From the NCBI GenBank assembly GCA_016700375.1, contig CP065016.1, positions 1,224,495-1,256,494 on the forward strand: a stretch of DNA of 32,000 nt, given 5' to 3'. The stretch's first letter is position 1, and the number at the start of each line of letters is the position of its first letter. The notes beneath the pieces are model-generated. The model worked only from the letters and a program-made list of their open reading frames with translations, was not told the origin of the DNA and made no database searches. Of the stretch, positions 1 to 9,021 are shown in pieces. Origin of the DNA: Candidatus Saccharimonadota bacterium (GTDB taxonomy: Bacteria > Patescibacteriota > Saccharimonadia > Saccharimonadales > UBA4665). Position numbers and translations under genes: made by a program.

Positions 1-208
1 CGTAAAAGAATGCGACGAACTCGCTTATAAGAGGATCGGATACCCAGTATGGCATTTGTATAACGCCATTTTCGTCAGTCTCACCACCCTGAGTCTTGCC
101 CCAACTACCCTCATGGGACTGGACGCGATTGTTGATATCAACAAATTGCTCCCAAGTCTCATCACTGAGTTCCGAAAATGCTTTTACCGATTCTTCTGTT
201 GCGTCCAT
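1..208 (-). CDS. hypothetical protein, N-terminal 69 codons only (gene runs off the left edge)
   Basis: Own minus-strand translation from ATG 208-206 gives MDATEESVKAFSELSDETWEQFVDINNRVQSHEGSWGKTQGGETDENGVIQMPYWVSDPLISEFVAFFY, open to position 1. The start abuts the upstream stop (TAAATG) and is preceded by GAGGAGGA. It is absent from the ORF track because it is truncated. Confidence 0.5.
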   Translation of the reverse strand, partial: MDATEESVKAFSELSDETWEQFVDINNRVQSHEGSWGKTQGGETDENGVIQMPYWVSDPLISEFVAFFY

Positions 209-2392
209 TTATTCATCCTCCTCATCAGTCGTCTTTTTGGCAGTGAGTTCGGCTTTGATATCATCATGTGCGAGATTGAACGTACTTCCAAGTGCAGCAA
301 TAAGCCGCCGTTTGCTGTTTGTGTTTGTTCCGGTGTCGATGAAGTACCCAGTGTCTAATATCTCGGCGCTGTTATAGAACGCGCTGGCATCCTGTCGGAT
401 AAAGCGCGAAAGATATTCATCCTCAGTTACCATCTCGATAAAGTCGGGATTTCGGCTGTAAATAGCTTCTGCGATAGCGTCCAGCGCCTCGGCCCAAGTT
501 GTCACCGAACTCTCTTCGCCGAATACTTCGACCGAACGGATACCTGCGCCTTTCAGATCCATTTCATCGAGCAAGTATATCGTGGTGTCTTCTTCTACCG
601 GCTGGAAAGCGGTTACAGGGAGTGGCCATACTTTTTTGAGACTGGTAACCCACCAATTCTGACGCTCCTTGAGAGTATCTTCGTTCCAGGTATCGTGTTT
701 CGCAATCCATTCATTGAGTGGTAATTTGCTATCAGCGAAGCCGACTTTTCGCACTTCTCCCGTTTTCTTATCCTTGACCTCAAGATTCATTTTGTCGAGA
801 TATGGACGGTTAGAATACTCAGAGTTATAGCCAGTTAGCGTGAGGTTGGCTAGTGTATGGAGATAATCACGGTGAATGCGCTCAAAGTCATCACCGAGCA
901 TAGCCTGCCAGTCTTTGCTTGCCAGCGTCTGGGGCATGACATGCTCAATTGAGAGTTTTAGCTTGCCATCGGAAATCTGATGCAGCGTATGGACGGCCTC
1001 TTTTGATGATTCCTCGGCAGCAGTGAGAACATAGACGAGGAATGAGTTTCGCTGGTAGTACGCCTCGCGCGAGCGAATCGCGTTTTCATACTCTGCGTCG
1101 TCTGGCATGCGCGTTTGACCGATACGGTTAAGCAGAATATATCGAAGTACCTCTACGTAATCTGCGTCGGGGCTTGTCTTCTGGTAGCTTAATACATCTT
1201 TGTGAAGCGATGCCAAGAAGCGGTCTACGCTCGTAGTATCTATGCCGCTCACGATACGACGCGAGAAGTACGTTTCGATGAGCTTAAAGACATCCTCAAG
1301 CTGTAAATCGGTAAGTTCACCAGCCGCATGATGGCGCAACACATTCATGGCGAACGGAATATACAAATCAATCTGCAAGTAGCGCATCTTGAAGATGGTT
1401 TCACTAATGCCTTTGTACTTTGGCTCAAACTCGCTCGTGTCAATCAGCTTCAGGAGCTTGTAAAATCCAAGTGACTCGACGATATCGCTATAGAATACGT
1501 CAATCTTGTCTTCTTCTTGTGCTTCACCGACATGCTTATCAAACTGCTTCTTGAACTCCGGGTAGACGGCATCCAATCGTACAATAGCTTGGCGCTTCGA
1601 GATTATGTAGCTACGGAAGAAATCAGTAATATGGTCTTTGTTAGAGTCCACCAGCGATTCTTCGATAATTGACCAGTACTTTTCATAAACTTGGTTGCGG
1701 AGCTGATCATTGCTAAGCATGAGTGCAAAGTTACGAATTTTGTCACCATCTGTCAAAGGCTTGCCGGTCGAGTTAATGCTCTCGAAGACGCGCTGAGGGT
1801 TGTCGTCGTTGCCGTTGAGAGTGATGGAAATAACCTCAAACATACGCAAGCCGTCAATGTACTTATCAAGGCCGGTACGCGCCTGGAAGTACTTGCGGAA
1901 TGTCGAGTAGACCTGATAGATATTGCTCACGCGTTCGCGAGGTTCGAGGCGCGATTCTTCGCCATCTTTATCAAAAATATGTTGCAAAATCTGGTTGTCA
2001 GTTGTGACGGTACGGAGCTTGACTTTGTTCTTGTCAATATTCGCGTTGAAGAGATAACGATCGCGGATAAGTTCTGGTGTCGTCTCTGGGTTTTCAATCA
2101 GCGATGGATCTTTTTTGACGAGGTGATAAATTGCCGTTACCATCAAAAGCGACGTCGTGACGCGCTGTTGACCGTCAATAATAGCTACTGAATAGCTGCT
2201 GGCGGTGTCTTCGACAAGCACAACCGTACCGAAATAATGGTTTCTCCGCTTAGCAACACTCTCTTCGAGATCAATCAGAAACTCATTCGCATTGTTTGTT
2301 TGCCATGCATAGGGTCGTTGGAAGTTCGGTATCTCATAGTATGTCTCTGAGGCGTTGAGAATCTTCTGGATATTAGTCTGTGCCGAAATCAT
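209..2392 (-). CDS. DUF262/DUF1524 family protein (GmrSD-like, putative modification-dependent nuclease)
   Basis: N-terminal DUF262 signatures FQRPYAW and IIDGQQR. C-terminal DUF1524-type His-Me motif IEHVMPQT. I prefer ATG 2392 (AGGAGGA 8 nt upstream, 1 nt after the upstream stop). The ORF-track start 2440 would overlap the upstream gene by 47 nt. Confidence 0.85.
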   Translation of the reverse strand: MISAQTNIQKILNASETYYEIPNFQRPYAWQTNNANEFLIDLEESVAKRRNHYFGTVVLVEDTASSYSVAIIDGQQRVTTSLLMVTAIYHLVKKDPSLIENPETTPELIRDRYLFNANIDKNKVKLRTVTTDNQILQHIFDKDGEESRLEPRERVSNIYQVYSTFRKYFQARTGLDKYIDGLRMFEVISITLNGNDDNPQRVFESINSTGKPLTDGDKIRNFALMLSNDQLRNQVYEKYWSIIEESLVDSNKDHITDFFRSYIISKRQAIVRLDAVYPEFKKQFDKHVGEAQEEDKIDVFYSDIVESLGFYKLLKLIDTSEFEPKYKGISETIFKMRYLQIDLYIPFAMNVLRHHAAGELTDLQLEDVFKLIETYFSRRIVSGIDTTSVDRFLASLHKDVLSYQKTSPDADYVEVLRYILLNRIGQTRMPDDAEYENAIRSREAYYQRNSFLVYVLTAAEESSKEAVHTLHQISDGKLKLSIEHVMPQTLASKDWQAMLGDDFERIHRDYLHTLANLTLTGYNSEYSNRPYLDKMNLEVKDKKTGEVRKVGFADSKLPLNEWIAKHDTWNEDTLKERQNWWVTSLKKVWPLPVTAFQPVEEDTTIYLLDEMDLKGAGIRSVEVFGEESSVTTWAEALDAIAEAIYSRNPDFIEMVTEDEYLSRFIRQDASAFYNSAEILDTGYFIDTGTNTNSKRRLIAALGSTFNLAHDDIKAELTAKKTTDEEDE

Positions 2393-2393
2393 A

Positions 2394-3557
2394 TTATTCA
2401 TCCTCCTTGTTCGGCACAATCGCCTGTAAATCTTTGTCATAGTGAAAATCTACGATATCGCCGTTCTGTAGCATGTTGACTGCCTGCTCAATGGCAAGCA
2501 GTGGCACTGAGTACCACTCACTCGGCGTATAGTCACGTCCGTCTTTGTCGATAATCGTCAGGTCTACTTTTGCATCGGCAAATATTCGATGAATAAAATG
2601 TTCTACTTTTTGAGGATTATAGTCTCCAGTCAGTACATAGCTATCGACGACTTCTACGCCAGACATCAAGTATGTTGGGTCTTTTTCTGCATCTTTAATA
2701 CGATCAGCCACAGTGGTAGTTGCGAATCCAATCTTGTGTAGATTCTTGATATTTTGCACTTGTGGACTATCGCTCAGTGAACGTAAAACGTAAATGTAGC
2801 CCACAATAGTATCAGTGTCACTTAGCTCTTCGTATACGGATTCATCTGCTATCGGTACAATCTCATATCCATCTTCGTATAGACGCATAGAAAGTGATCG
2901 CCGGTACATATTTGATTCAGTGCCATTTTCGTATATGATTCTAAACCGTTCTTTGTTCCGGTCGTATACCCATTTCTTCTCACCGGCATCAATGATGCGA
3001 AGCATCTGGCCAGCATGCACATAGTACGCCCCCATATGTAGTTGATTGACTGACACGTAACGACGGAGCTTTAGCTTGCCCTCTGCGAGAAGTTGCTGTT
3101 GTTCGACAAATCCAGGTTTATACTCCTGAAAATCTGCTGCGTGTTTGCGGTCGGCTCGTTCTTTAACGGGTCGCGGCTTGGACAGTACTTTACTGACTTT
3201 TAGGATGTCGTCGCCATCGCTACTAAATAATCCATATGTATCATCAGAAAATAGTTCGTCTATTGATTCTGGCGCTTCAAGTTCTTCGAGCAGTCCAAGA
3301 CTATCGACGGGCTTGAGCGCTTCAACCTTGTCTTTATTTGTTTTTATCGAGTTCAAACGAGCCGCTAATGATGCCTCGCTAATATCGGTTGCATTGATAT
3401 CGGGCAAGCGATCATTGATTTCTACAAACTCGGTGATCTGTTTGAATGATGAGGTCAGTCGATCATCGGCAGTAATAGGCTTGGCTTTTTCCTGCGCAGT
3501 AAATAGACCCTCGTTATCTGTATCGAATAGATTTATTAACTCATCAGAAAAGTCCAT
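2394..3557 (-). CDS. T5orf172 domain protein (GIY-YIG superfamily nuclease-like) with an acidic N-terminal region
   Basis: The C-terminal half has GYIYVLRS ... LHKIGFATTTVADRI ... EHFIHRIF, the pattern of T5orf172/GIY-YIG domains. The start ATG 3557 overlaps the helicase stop by 1 nt (TAATG). Confidence 0.8.
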   Translation of the reverse strand: MDFSDELINLFDTDNEGLFTAQEKAKPITADDRLTSSFKQITEFVEINDRLPDINATDISEASLAARLNSIKTNKDKVEALKPVDSLGLLEELEAPESIDELFSDDTYGLFSSDGDDILKVSKVLSKPRPVKERADRKHAADFQEYKPGFVEQQQLLAEGKLKLRRYVSVNQLHMGAYYVHAGQMLRIIDAGEKKWVYDRNKERFRIIYENGTESNMYRRSLSMRLYEDGYEIVPIADESVYEELSDTDTIVGYIYVLRSLSDSPQVQNIKNLHKIGFATTTVADRIKDAEKDPTYLMSGVEVVDSYVLTGDYNPQKVEHFIHRIFADAKVDLTIIDKDGRDYTPSEWYSVPLLAIEQAVNMLQNGDIVDFHYDKDLQAIVPNKEDE

Positions 3558-5527
3558 TATGCCTGCTTTTCTTTCTCTCTAAGCCATGCTGCTTTACGAG
3601 CAGTCAGGTATGCTTGCGCCTGAGCAAGTAACTTCTCATTTTTATCAGGGCTATTGATTGCTGGGTACTTGCCGTCATGAGCCACGACGAATGCTTTGAT
3701 CTGTGGCACGAGGGCAAGGGCATCTTCGTCTGACATGTCGATACGTGAGCCTGCTATCGTGTCTTGGATGACGCGGAATACATCAGCGCCAACGCGCTTC
3801 GAGATGACTTCAAATGCGTGCTGGAATGGGTTTATAGAATCAATCAGGTCGATACTGAGTTCGTCAAGGTTCACAAAACTATTGGCGAGCGTGATAAACT
3901 TTTTGTCGCCATCTTCGGTAATCTTAGCAGTCTTAAATGCAAGATTACTTGCTAGGTACTGTCGGGTTACTTCGACTTCTTCCTCGTTAAGTCCAGGTAG
4001 ACGTTCACGAATGATTTTAGACTGTAAGTGCTTCATGTAGTCACCAGTATGGCCATTTGCCGCTGCACGCTGAATCTGTGTATCTTGCAGTACGGCTGCC
4101 GTTAGGTCTTCGAGTTCGGTGGCAAGAATATGTTTAACCTTTTCTGATGGTGGTTTTTTGAGGCCTTTAACAAATACTTCACCAGCCTTTGCTTTTTGGT
4201 CGGGTGATGTACGTGGCGTGAATGTAAAGTTAGGCGCTAGTACTTGTTCCATCAAGAGAGAGGCGGTGATCGCCTTGAGCATGTTATTGACTGAAACTTG
4301 TATGTCGTCACTTGTGCCATTTGGCTGCACGATTAGATTTGTAAACTGCGCGTGAGACTTGTTGTAGCTATCACGAGTACAGCGGCCAATGATCTGCACG
4401 ATCTCCGTCAGGCTTGCCCTGTAGCCTATAGTTAGCGCCTGTTCACAGTAGGGCCAGTCAAAGCCCTCCTTTGCCATACCGAGTGCGATAATGATGTCTA
4501 CGCCAGCAATATCGTTTTTAGCAACGTCACTGAGGTACTGGGTGATCTTAGCCCTATGCAACGGGTCATCCTCTACGAGATTGGCGACTTTTACACGACG
4601 ACCATCTGGCGTTTCTATGATTTCTACACCGGTCTCGCTGTCTTGTTCTATCCATGTCCCAATAAGGTCAAAAATGCGCGTAACTTCTTCGTGCTTACCA
4701 ACTTGAGTCGATTCTTTTGAGTTGACGTTTGGAATGTGAATAATTGTCTTTTTATTCGTATCTAGCACAGCATCTAGTGCGCCGTCATCGAGATAACTAC
4801 CAGTGTAGAAGTGATAGCCAATACCAAGCGTCTTGAGGTATGTATACCCATTGAGCTGTTCGTAATAGGTATAGGTTACTTTATCGAACTCTGATTCGTC
4901 TTCTGGCGTAAGGATTGGAATGGCATCGCCACGGAAGTATGAGCCGGTCATAGCAATAATCTGAATGTTAGTGCCGTTCATGACACGGTGCAGCAGTTCA
5001 CCCAATCGGCTGTTTTCGCTAACAGACACATGGTGGAACTCGTCGATAGCCAGAACGGTATCATTAAACAACTCCATAGGGAGTTCTTCGGCCTCAAATG
5101 CAAAACGTAGGGTTGCATGAGTACAGACAAGTATCTTGTCATCGGACTTCATGAAGCTTGTAAATGATTTCACTTTTGATTTGTCGTCGCCAGTACCGAG
5201 GCAGAGATTGTTGCGATCTTCTACTTCCCAGTCTGCGAAAAAGCCTGCTTCTGTCAGATTTGTGTTACCGAATGATGAACCGATAGATTTTTCTGGTACG
5301 GCAACGATGACTTTTTTCTTGCCTTGGTTGATAAGTTTATCGAGGCCGACATACATAAGGGCACGAGACTTACCCGATGCTGGTGGCGCTTTGATGAGTA
5401 GATGATTGCTGTTGCGCTTATCAAATGCGCGGCGCTGCATTTCGCGCATTCCCATTTCATCAGTCTTGGTACTTTCGCCAGTCTGTTCATAGGTTACATC
5501 AATAATGTTCAGGGTTTCGTCGTTCAT
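3557..5527 (-). CDS. SF2 DExH-box helicase (type III restriction Res-like helicase core), C-terminal ~200 aa unknown
   Basis: Motif I KAPPASGKSRAL, motif II AIDEFHHV, motif VI QIIGRCTRD. There is a 4-nt ATGA overlap with the methyltransferase gene. Confidence 0.85.
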   Translation of the reverse strand: MNDETLNIIDVTYEQTGESTKTDEMGMREMQRRAFDKRNSNHLLIKAPPASGKSRALMYVGLDKLINQGKKKVIVAVPEKSIGSSFGNTNLTEAGFFADWEVEDRNNLCLGTGDDKSKVKSFTSFMKSDDKILVCTHATLRFAFEAEELPMELFNDTVLAIDEFHHVSVSENSRLGELLHRVMNGTNIQIIAMTGSYFRGDAIPILTPEDESEFDKVTYTYYEQLNGYTYLKTLGIGYHFYTGSYLDDGALDAVLDTNKKTIIHIPNVNSKESTQVGKHEEVTRIFDLIGTWIEQDSETGVEIIETPDGRRVKVANLVEDDPLHRAKITQYLSDVAKNDIAGVDIIIALGMAKEGFDWPYCEQALTIGYRASLTEIVQIIGRCTRDSYNKSHAQFTNLIVQPNGTSDDIQVSVNNMLKAITASLLMEQVLAPNFTFTPRTSPDQKAKAGEVFVKGLKKPPSEKVKHILATELEDLTAAVLQDTQIQRAAANGHTGDYMKHLQSKIIRERLPGLNEEEVEVTRQYLASNLAFKTAKITEDGDKKFITLANSFVNLDELSIDLIDSINPFQHAFEVISKRVGADVFRVIQDTIAGSRIDMSDEDALALVPQIKAFVVAHDGKYPAINSPDKNEKLLAQAQAYLTARKAAWLREKEKQA

Positions 5528-8349
5528 TTTGTTTTCTCCTTTTCAGTAGCGGTCATTTGTTCAAATAGTGCGAATAGATCGGCGAGTCGTTCTTCGTCAT
5601 TACCGTATGGTCTTGGTCGATATAGTTTATCTACCGCAAGATCAAGTTCATGATGAGCCTGTCGCAAATCTTCCGGCATCTTGATTGGATCGTACATTTC
5701 GGCAAGAGTTTTTTCGCTATGGTTTTCACGAACAAGAAGCACATTGCGTGCAGCAGAAGTGAGCATCTGCTTTTGTGGCTCAGTTAGTGGCGGTACAGGA
5801 TAGTTAGCATAAACAATTGCAGAAGAGTATCGTAGCCGATCTTCAAGTTTCCCAGCAACGGAACGAATCCATGCCATGTGCATGCGAGAAGATATGATTC
5901 CAAATAGCCAAATAGGAGCATCATATACTATATTCGCAGCATTTGAGGCTACAGTGTTGCCGTCTAAGAACCCAATTGGTATGTATTCACGACGTTCCGA
6001 CGAAACACTAGGTATGATAATTGCTTGACCATTTTTATGTGCTCGCTGACGGAATCGATGTGGGTATTTAGCATACTCAACCGTTGAGGGTGTATCTTTG
6101 CGACTAGCCCTAAACTCTGCGACATTCGCAATCATTTCGGCAATAGGAGGAATCGTTTTTGCTTCATCAGCATCCGCATCGCTAATCCATAAACAGTACC
6201 TAGTTTTGCCATTGATGTAATCGCCCGAACCAGTGAACCCTTTAATGAACTTGGCAGCATCAGGATATTCAGAAATTATCTTCTCTCTCTTTTCTTCATC
6301 GAATATCAAGAATCCACCATCTGTTGGCTTACTCCCCATTACGCAGTCAGGTAGTCCACTGATTGACTTGGCCCGACGAGTAAAGAATATCGAGTCTGAA
6401 CCGGCAGTAAGATACGCGCTAATACTAGGTACTTCTGTACGAACAAGATTGTCGTAGATAAACTTCTTAGCCTTACTTGTTGAACGTAAATTGATAACGA
6501 CAACTGTTACACCGGCTACATTGCGAGCGCCGTTTGTCCATTTGAATGAAGTATAGGCAAAGCCTATCTCTACATTCTTGTCGAAGACGTATGGCCACAA
6601 TAAGGCCACTTGTTCGCCCTGGCAAATAGAGTTTGTTGATACGAATGCGAGCTGTGCTTTAGAATCCTGTATATAGTCTGCACCTATCTTGAACCATGCA
6701 GCAATGAGGTCGAGATTCTTGTAGTTCTTAAAACTCTTGAATACGTGCGTCATGTCTCGCTTTTGGTCTGCATCTTGCAAGCTAGAGCCAAGATATGGAG
6801 GGTTGCCGATTAAGTAAATCTCATCCCAATACTTTTGCTTTAGGTCTTCGTCAGAGATTAAAGCTTCTTGTTCGTTTTCGACTTCGATATCGAGGAGGTA
6901 TTGCTGATCTGGCTGAGTATTATCTATGACGTGTTCGATATTTGGACAAACTTCTCGCCAGTCAATTTGCATAGAGTTACCCTGTACGATTTTTGCGTTA
7001 TCCTTGAGCGGGATCAGGATAATTTCTTTACCAAAGTGCTGCTCAAACTCGATGTTCATCTGGTGTTTAGCAAGGTATAGCGAAAGAATGGCAATCTCAT
7101 GTGCGAAATCGTCAATCTCTATTCCATAAAAGTTATCGAGCTTGATCTTTGATTCAAGCTTGCCAGATAGCATCGCACGCTGGTAGTCGCTGCTAAACAG
7201 ACGGTCGATAATACCATGCTCGATTTTGCGCAGTTCTTTGTAGGCAATAATCAGGAAATTACCAGAACCACAGGCAGGGTCGAACACCTTGATTTTGCTA
7301 ATCCGCGACCATATGTTATTGAGCTTATTTGGATTGTCGTAATACTTGTCGAACTCTTCGCGTAGCTCATCGAGGAATAGAGGTTCGATAGTCCGCATGA
7401 TGTTTGGCACGCTGGTATAGTGCATGCCGTTAGTCGCGCGGTGCTCTTCGTCAACGATACTTTGGAACATAGAACCGAAAATATCTGGGTTAATCGTTGA
7501 CCAGTCCAAGTTTCCGCAATCAAGCATAAGTTTTCGAGCTTGCGCATTAAACTTCGGGATGGCGATACTGTGCTTCTTGGTGTCGAAAATCGTACCGTTG
7601 ACGTACGGGAACTTTGAATAAGGGCTAGTGAAGCTCGACTTATCGTCAGTATCTAAAGCATCAAATAGTGTATTGAGGAAAACGTCCAGGTCGCTACCGT
7701 CTGTCTGTGTATAGTCCTTGATGGAGCTGGTAAAGATGGTCTTTTCATCTTTACTAAAGACCTTTGTATCTTCTGCAAAGAAACAAAACAACAACCTTGA
7801 AAAGAATACGTTGAGGTCGTGTCTGAATGTATTTTTTGGATCGGTAAGCTTTTCCTGATTGACCTTTTCTATCTCAGCATAGAGGTCTTTCATCTTATCG
7901 GCAGCGCGACGATCGGCCACTGCTTCTGTCTTTTCGCTTGTAACTTCATCGCCAGTCCAACCGTAGAAGAAATCTACGTTGCGGTCGATATCACGAAGTT
8001 TTATGTCTAGGGTTGTGTCTTTTTTCGTATCTTTGGCTACAAGCTGGTCATAATCAGTTGCTATGAGATAACGAGGGTTATATCGGACCACAAGAGGGTC
8101 TTGATCGAGCGAATCAACAACAGATAGTAAGTTGCCATTCGGGACGTGTTTGAAGTAGACAACTCCACGCTGCAATACGTCATTTTCTTTGTCAGTAGCT
8201 AGGTTGAGCGCACCACTACGAAGCTTTGTGATCGCCGAAGCAGAACGACCATATGCGGCCAATAGTTCAAATATAACATCGAGGCTATATGACTCCCGAT
8301 TGGCAATTTCTGTTACATTTCTTTGGGCATCAGCAAAAGTCAGTCGCAT
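5524..8349 (-). CDS. MmeI-family (type IIL/IIG-like) N6-adenine DNA methyltransferase, 941 aa
   Basis: Collinear by-eye similarity to MmeI: LLFCFFAEDT, DGSDL, FPYVNG, LDWSTINPDIFGSMFQS, HYTS, EPLFLDEL. SAM motif I is VFDPACGSGNFLI and motif IV is IGNPPYLG. The C-terminal blocks are FVSTNSICQGEQVALLWP, SKPTDGG, IPIGF and YDPIKMPEDLRQAHHELD. Confidence 0.9.
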   Translation of the reverse strand: MRLTFADAQRNVTEIANRESYSLDVIFELLAAYGRSASAITKLRSGALNLATDKENDVLQRGVVYFKHVPNGNLLSVVDSLDQDPLVVRYNPRYLIATDYDQLVAKDTKKDTTLDIKLRDIDRNVDFFYGWTGDEVTSEKTEAVADRRAADKMKDLYAEIEKVNQEKLTDPKNTFRHDLNVFFSRLLFCFFAEDTKVFSKDEKTIFTSSIKDYTQTDGSDLDVFLNTLFDALDTDDKSSFTSPYSKFPYVNGTIFDTKKHSIAIPKFNAQARKLMLDCGNLDWSTINPDIFGSMFQSIVDEEHRATNGMHYTSVPNIMRTIEPLFLDELREEFDKYYDNPNKLNNIWSRISKIKVFDPACGSGNFLIIAYKELRKIEHGIIDRLFSSDYQRAMLSGKLESKIKLDNFYGIEIDDFAHEIAILSLYLAKHQMNIEFEQHFGKEIILIPLKDNAKIVQGNSMQIDWREVCPNIEHVIDNTQPDQQYLLDIEVENEQEALISDEDLKQKYWDEIYLIGNPPYLGSSLQDADQKRDMTHVFKSFKNYKNLDLIAAWFKIGADYIQDSKAQLAFVSTNSICQGEQVALLWPYVFDKNVEIGFAYTSFKWTNGARNVAGVTVVVINLRSTSKAKKFIYDNLVRTEVPSISAYLTAGSDSIFFTRRAKSISGLPDCVMGSKPTDGGFLIFDEEKREKIISEYPDAAKFIKGFTGSGDYINGKTRYCLWISDADADEAKTIPPIAEMIANVAEFRASRKDTPSTVEYAKYPHRFRQRAHKNGQAIIIPSVSSERREYIPIGFLDGNTVASNAANIVYDAPIWLFGIISSRMHMAWIRSVAGKLEDRLRYSSAIVYANYPVPPLTEPQKQMLTSAARNVLLVRENHSEKTLAEMYDPIKMPEDLRQAHHELDLAVDKLYRPRPYGNDEERLADLFALFEQMTATEKEKTK

Positions 8350-8435
8350 TAAATTAAATCTTCCCCTGTATACAGACAGTAATCATTGTTTAATATTATA
8401 CCGTATTTTGTGTAATTAGTAATACCAATTAGCGT

Positions 8436-8463
8436 TTGACTTTACATAAATCCTTGCTATTCT
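8436..8463 (+). promoter_or_regulatory. candidate sigma70-type promoter for the T4SS operon
   Basis: TTGACT (8436-8441), 16-nt spacer, TATTCT (8458-8463), in the 320-bp divergent intergenic region. The -10 is weak. Confidence 0.3.
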
Positions 8464-8669
8464 AGGAAAATCCATTCGGAACGAAAAACGTCTCCGACAT
8501 TGCTCCCTTATACGGTCATGATGTGGTAATCAGTTGTAGAATTAACTACACCATTGACAGAAGTAGAAAAAGCTTGTGTTTTCGCTGAAAATGTTTATGC
8601 TAAACAAGCTATGACACGTTTCGTGATATATTCAAATCACAATATTTTATATATTCACGGAGGGTTATA

Positions 8670-9014
8670 ATGATCAGAAGTTCCACGGAAATAAAAATAG
8701 TAGGGCTTATTGTGGCCGTCGGAGCGCCAATTGTACTTGCTGCTCCAGCGTTTGCCGCAGGGGGTGACGTTGCGCAAGTCGAGAGCTTCATACGCAATGT
8801 CATTAAAGTTATCGCAGGTTTAGCTGGTCTTGTCGCGACCGGCTTTTTTGTTGCTGGCGGTTTCACCTACATTACTAGCTCGGGCAATCCTGAGCAGCTC
8901 GACAAAGCAAAGCGTACATTGACATGGTCGGCTATTGGCCTCGCTATTGTCATCGCAGCGTTCGTCATAAGCAATATCGTTACGACACTGGCCACCCAAT
9001 CATTCGGAGGGTAG
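8670..9014 (+). CDS. TrbC/VirB2-like conjugative pilin
   Basis: The sequence has a signal-like N-terminus (LAAPAFAAG) followed by two hydrophobic helices flanking TSSGNPEQLDKAK, which is the VirB2/TrbC topology. The RBS is GGAGGG. Confidence 0.6.
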   Translation: MIRSSTEIKIVGLIVAVGAPIVLAAPAFAAGGDVAQVESFIRNVIKVIAGLAGLVATGFFVAGGFTYITSSGNPEQLDKAKRTLTWSAIGLAIVIAAFVISNIVTTLATQSFGG

Positions 9015-9021
9015 CTAGGAT

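Noticed and set aside
1691-5653. Antisense ORFs inside the defence genes (for example 1691..2191 +, 3145..3582 +, 3696..4040 +, 5136..5405 +, 5254..5490 -)
   Set aside because: They are fully embedded in longer motif-bearing ORFs on the other strand or frame, with Ser/Arg-rich translations and no RBS.
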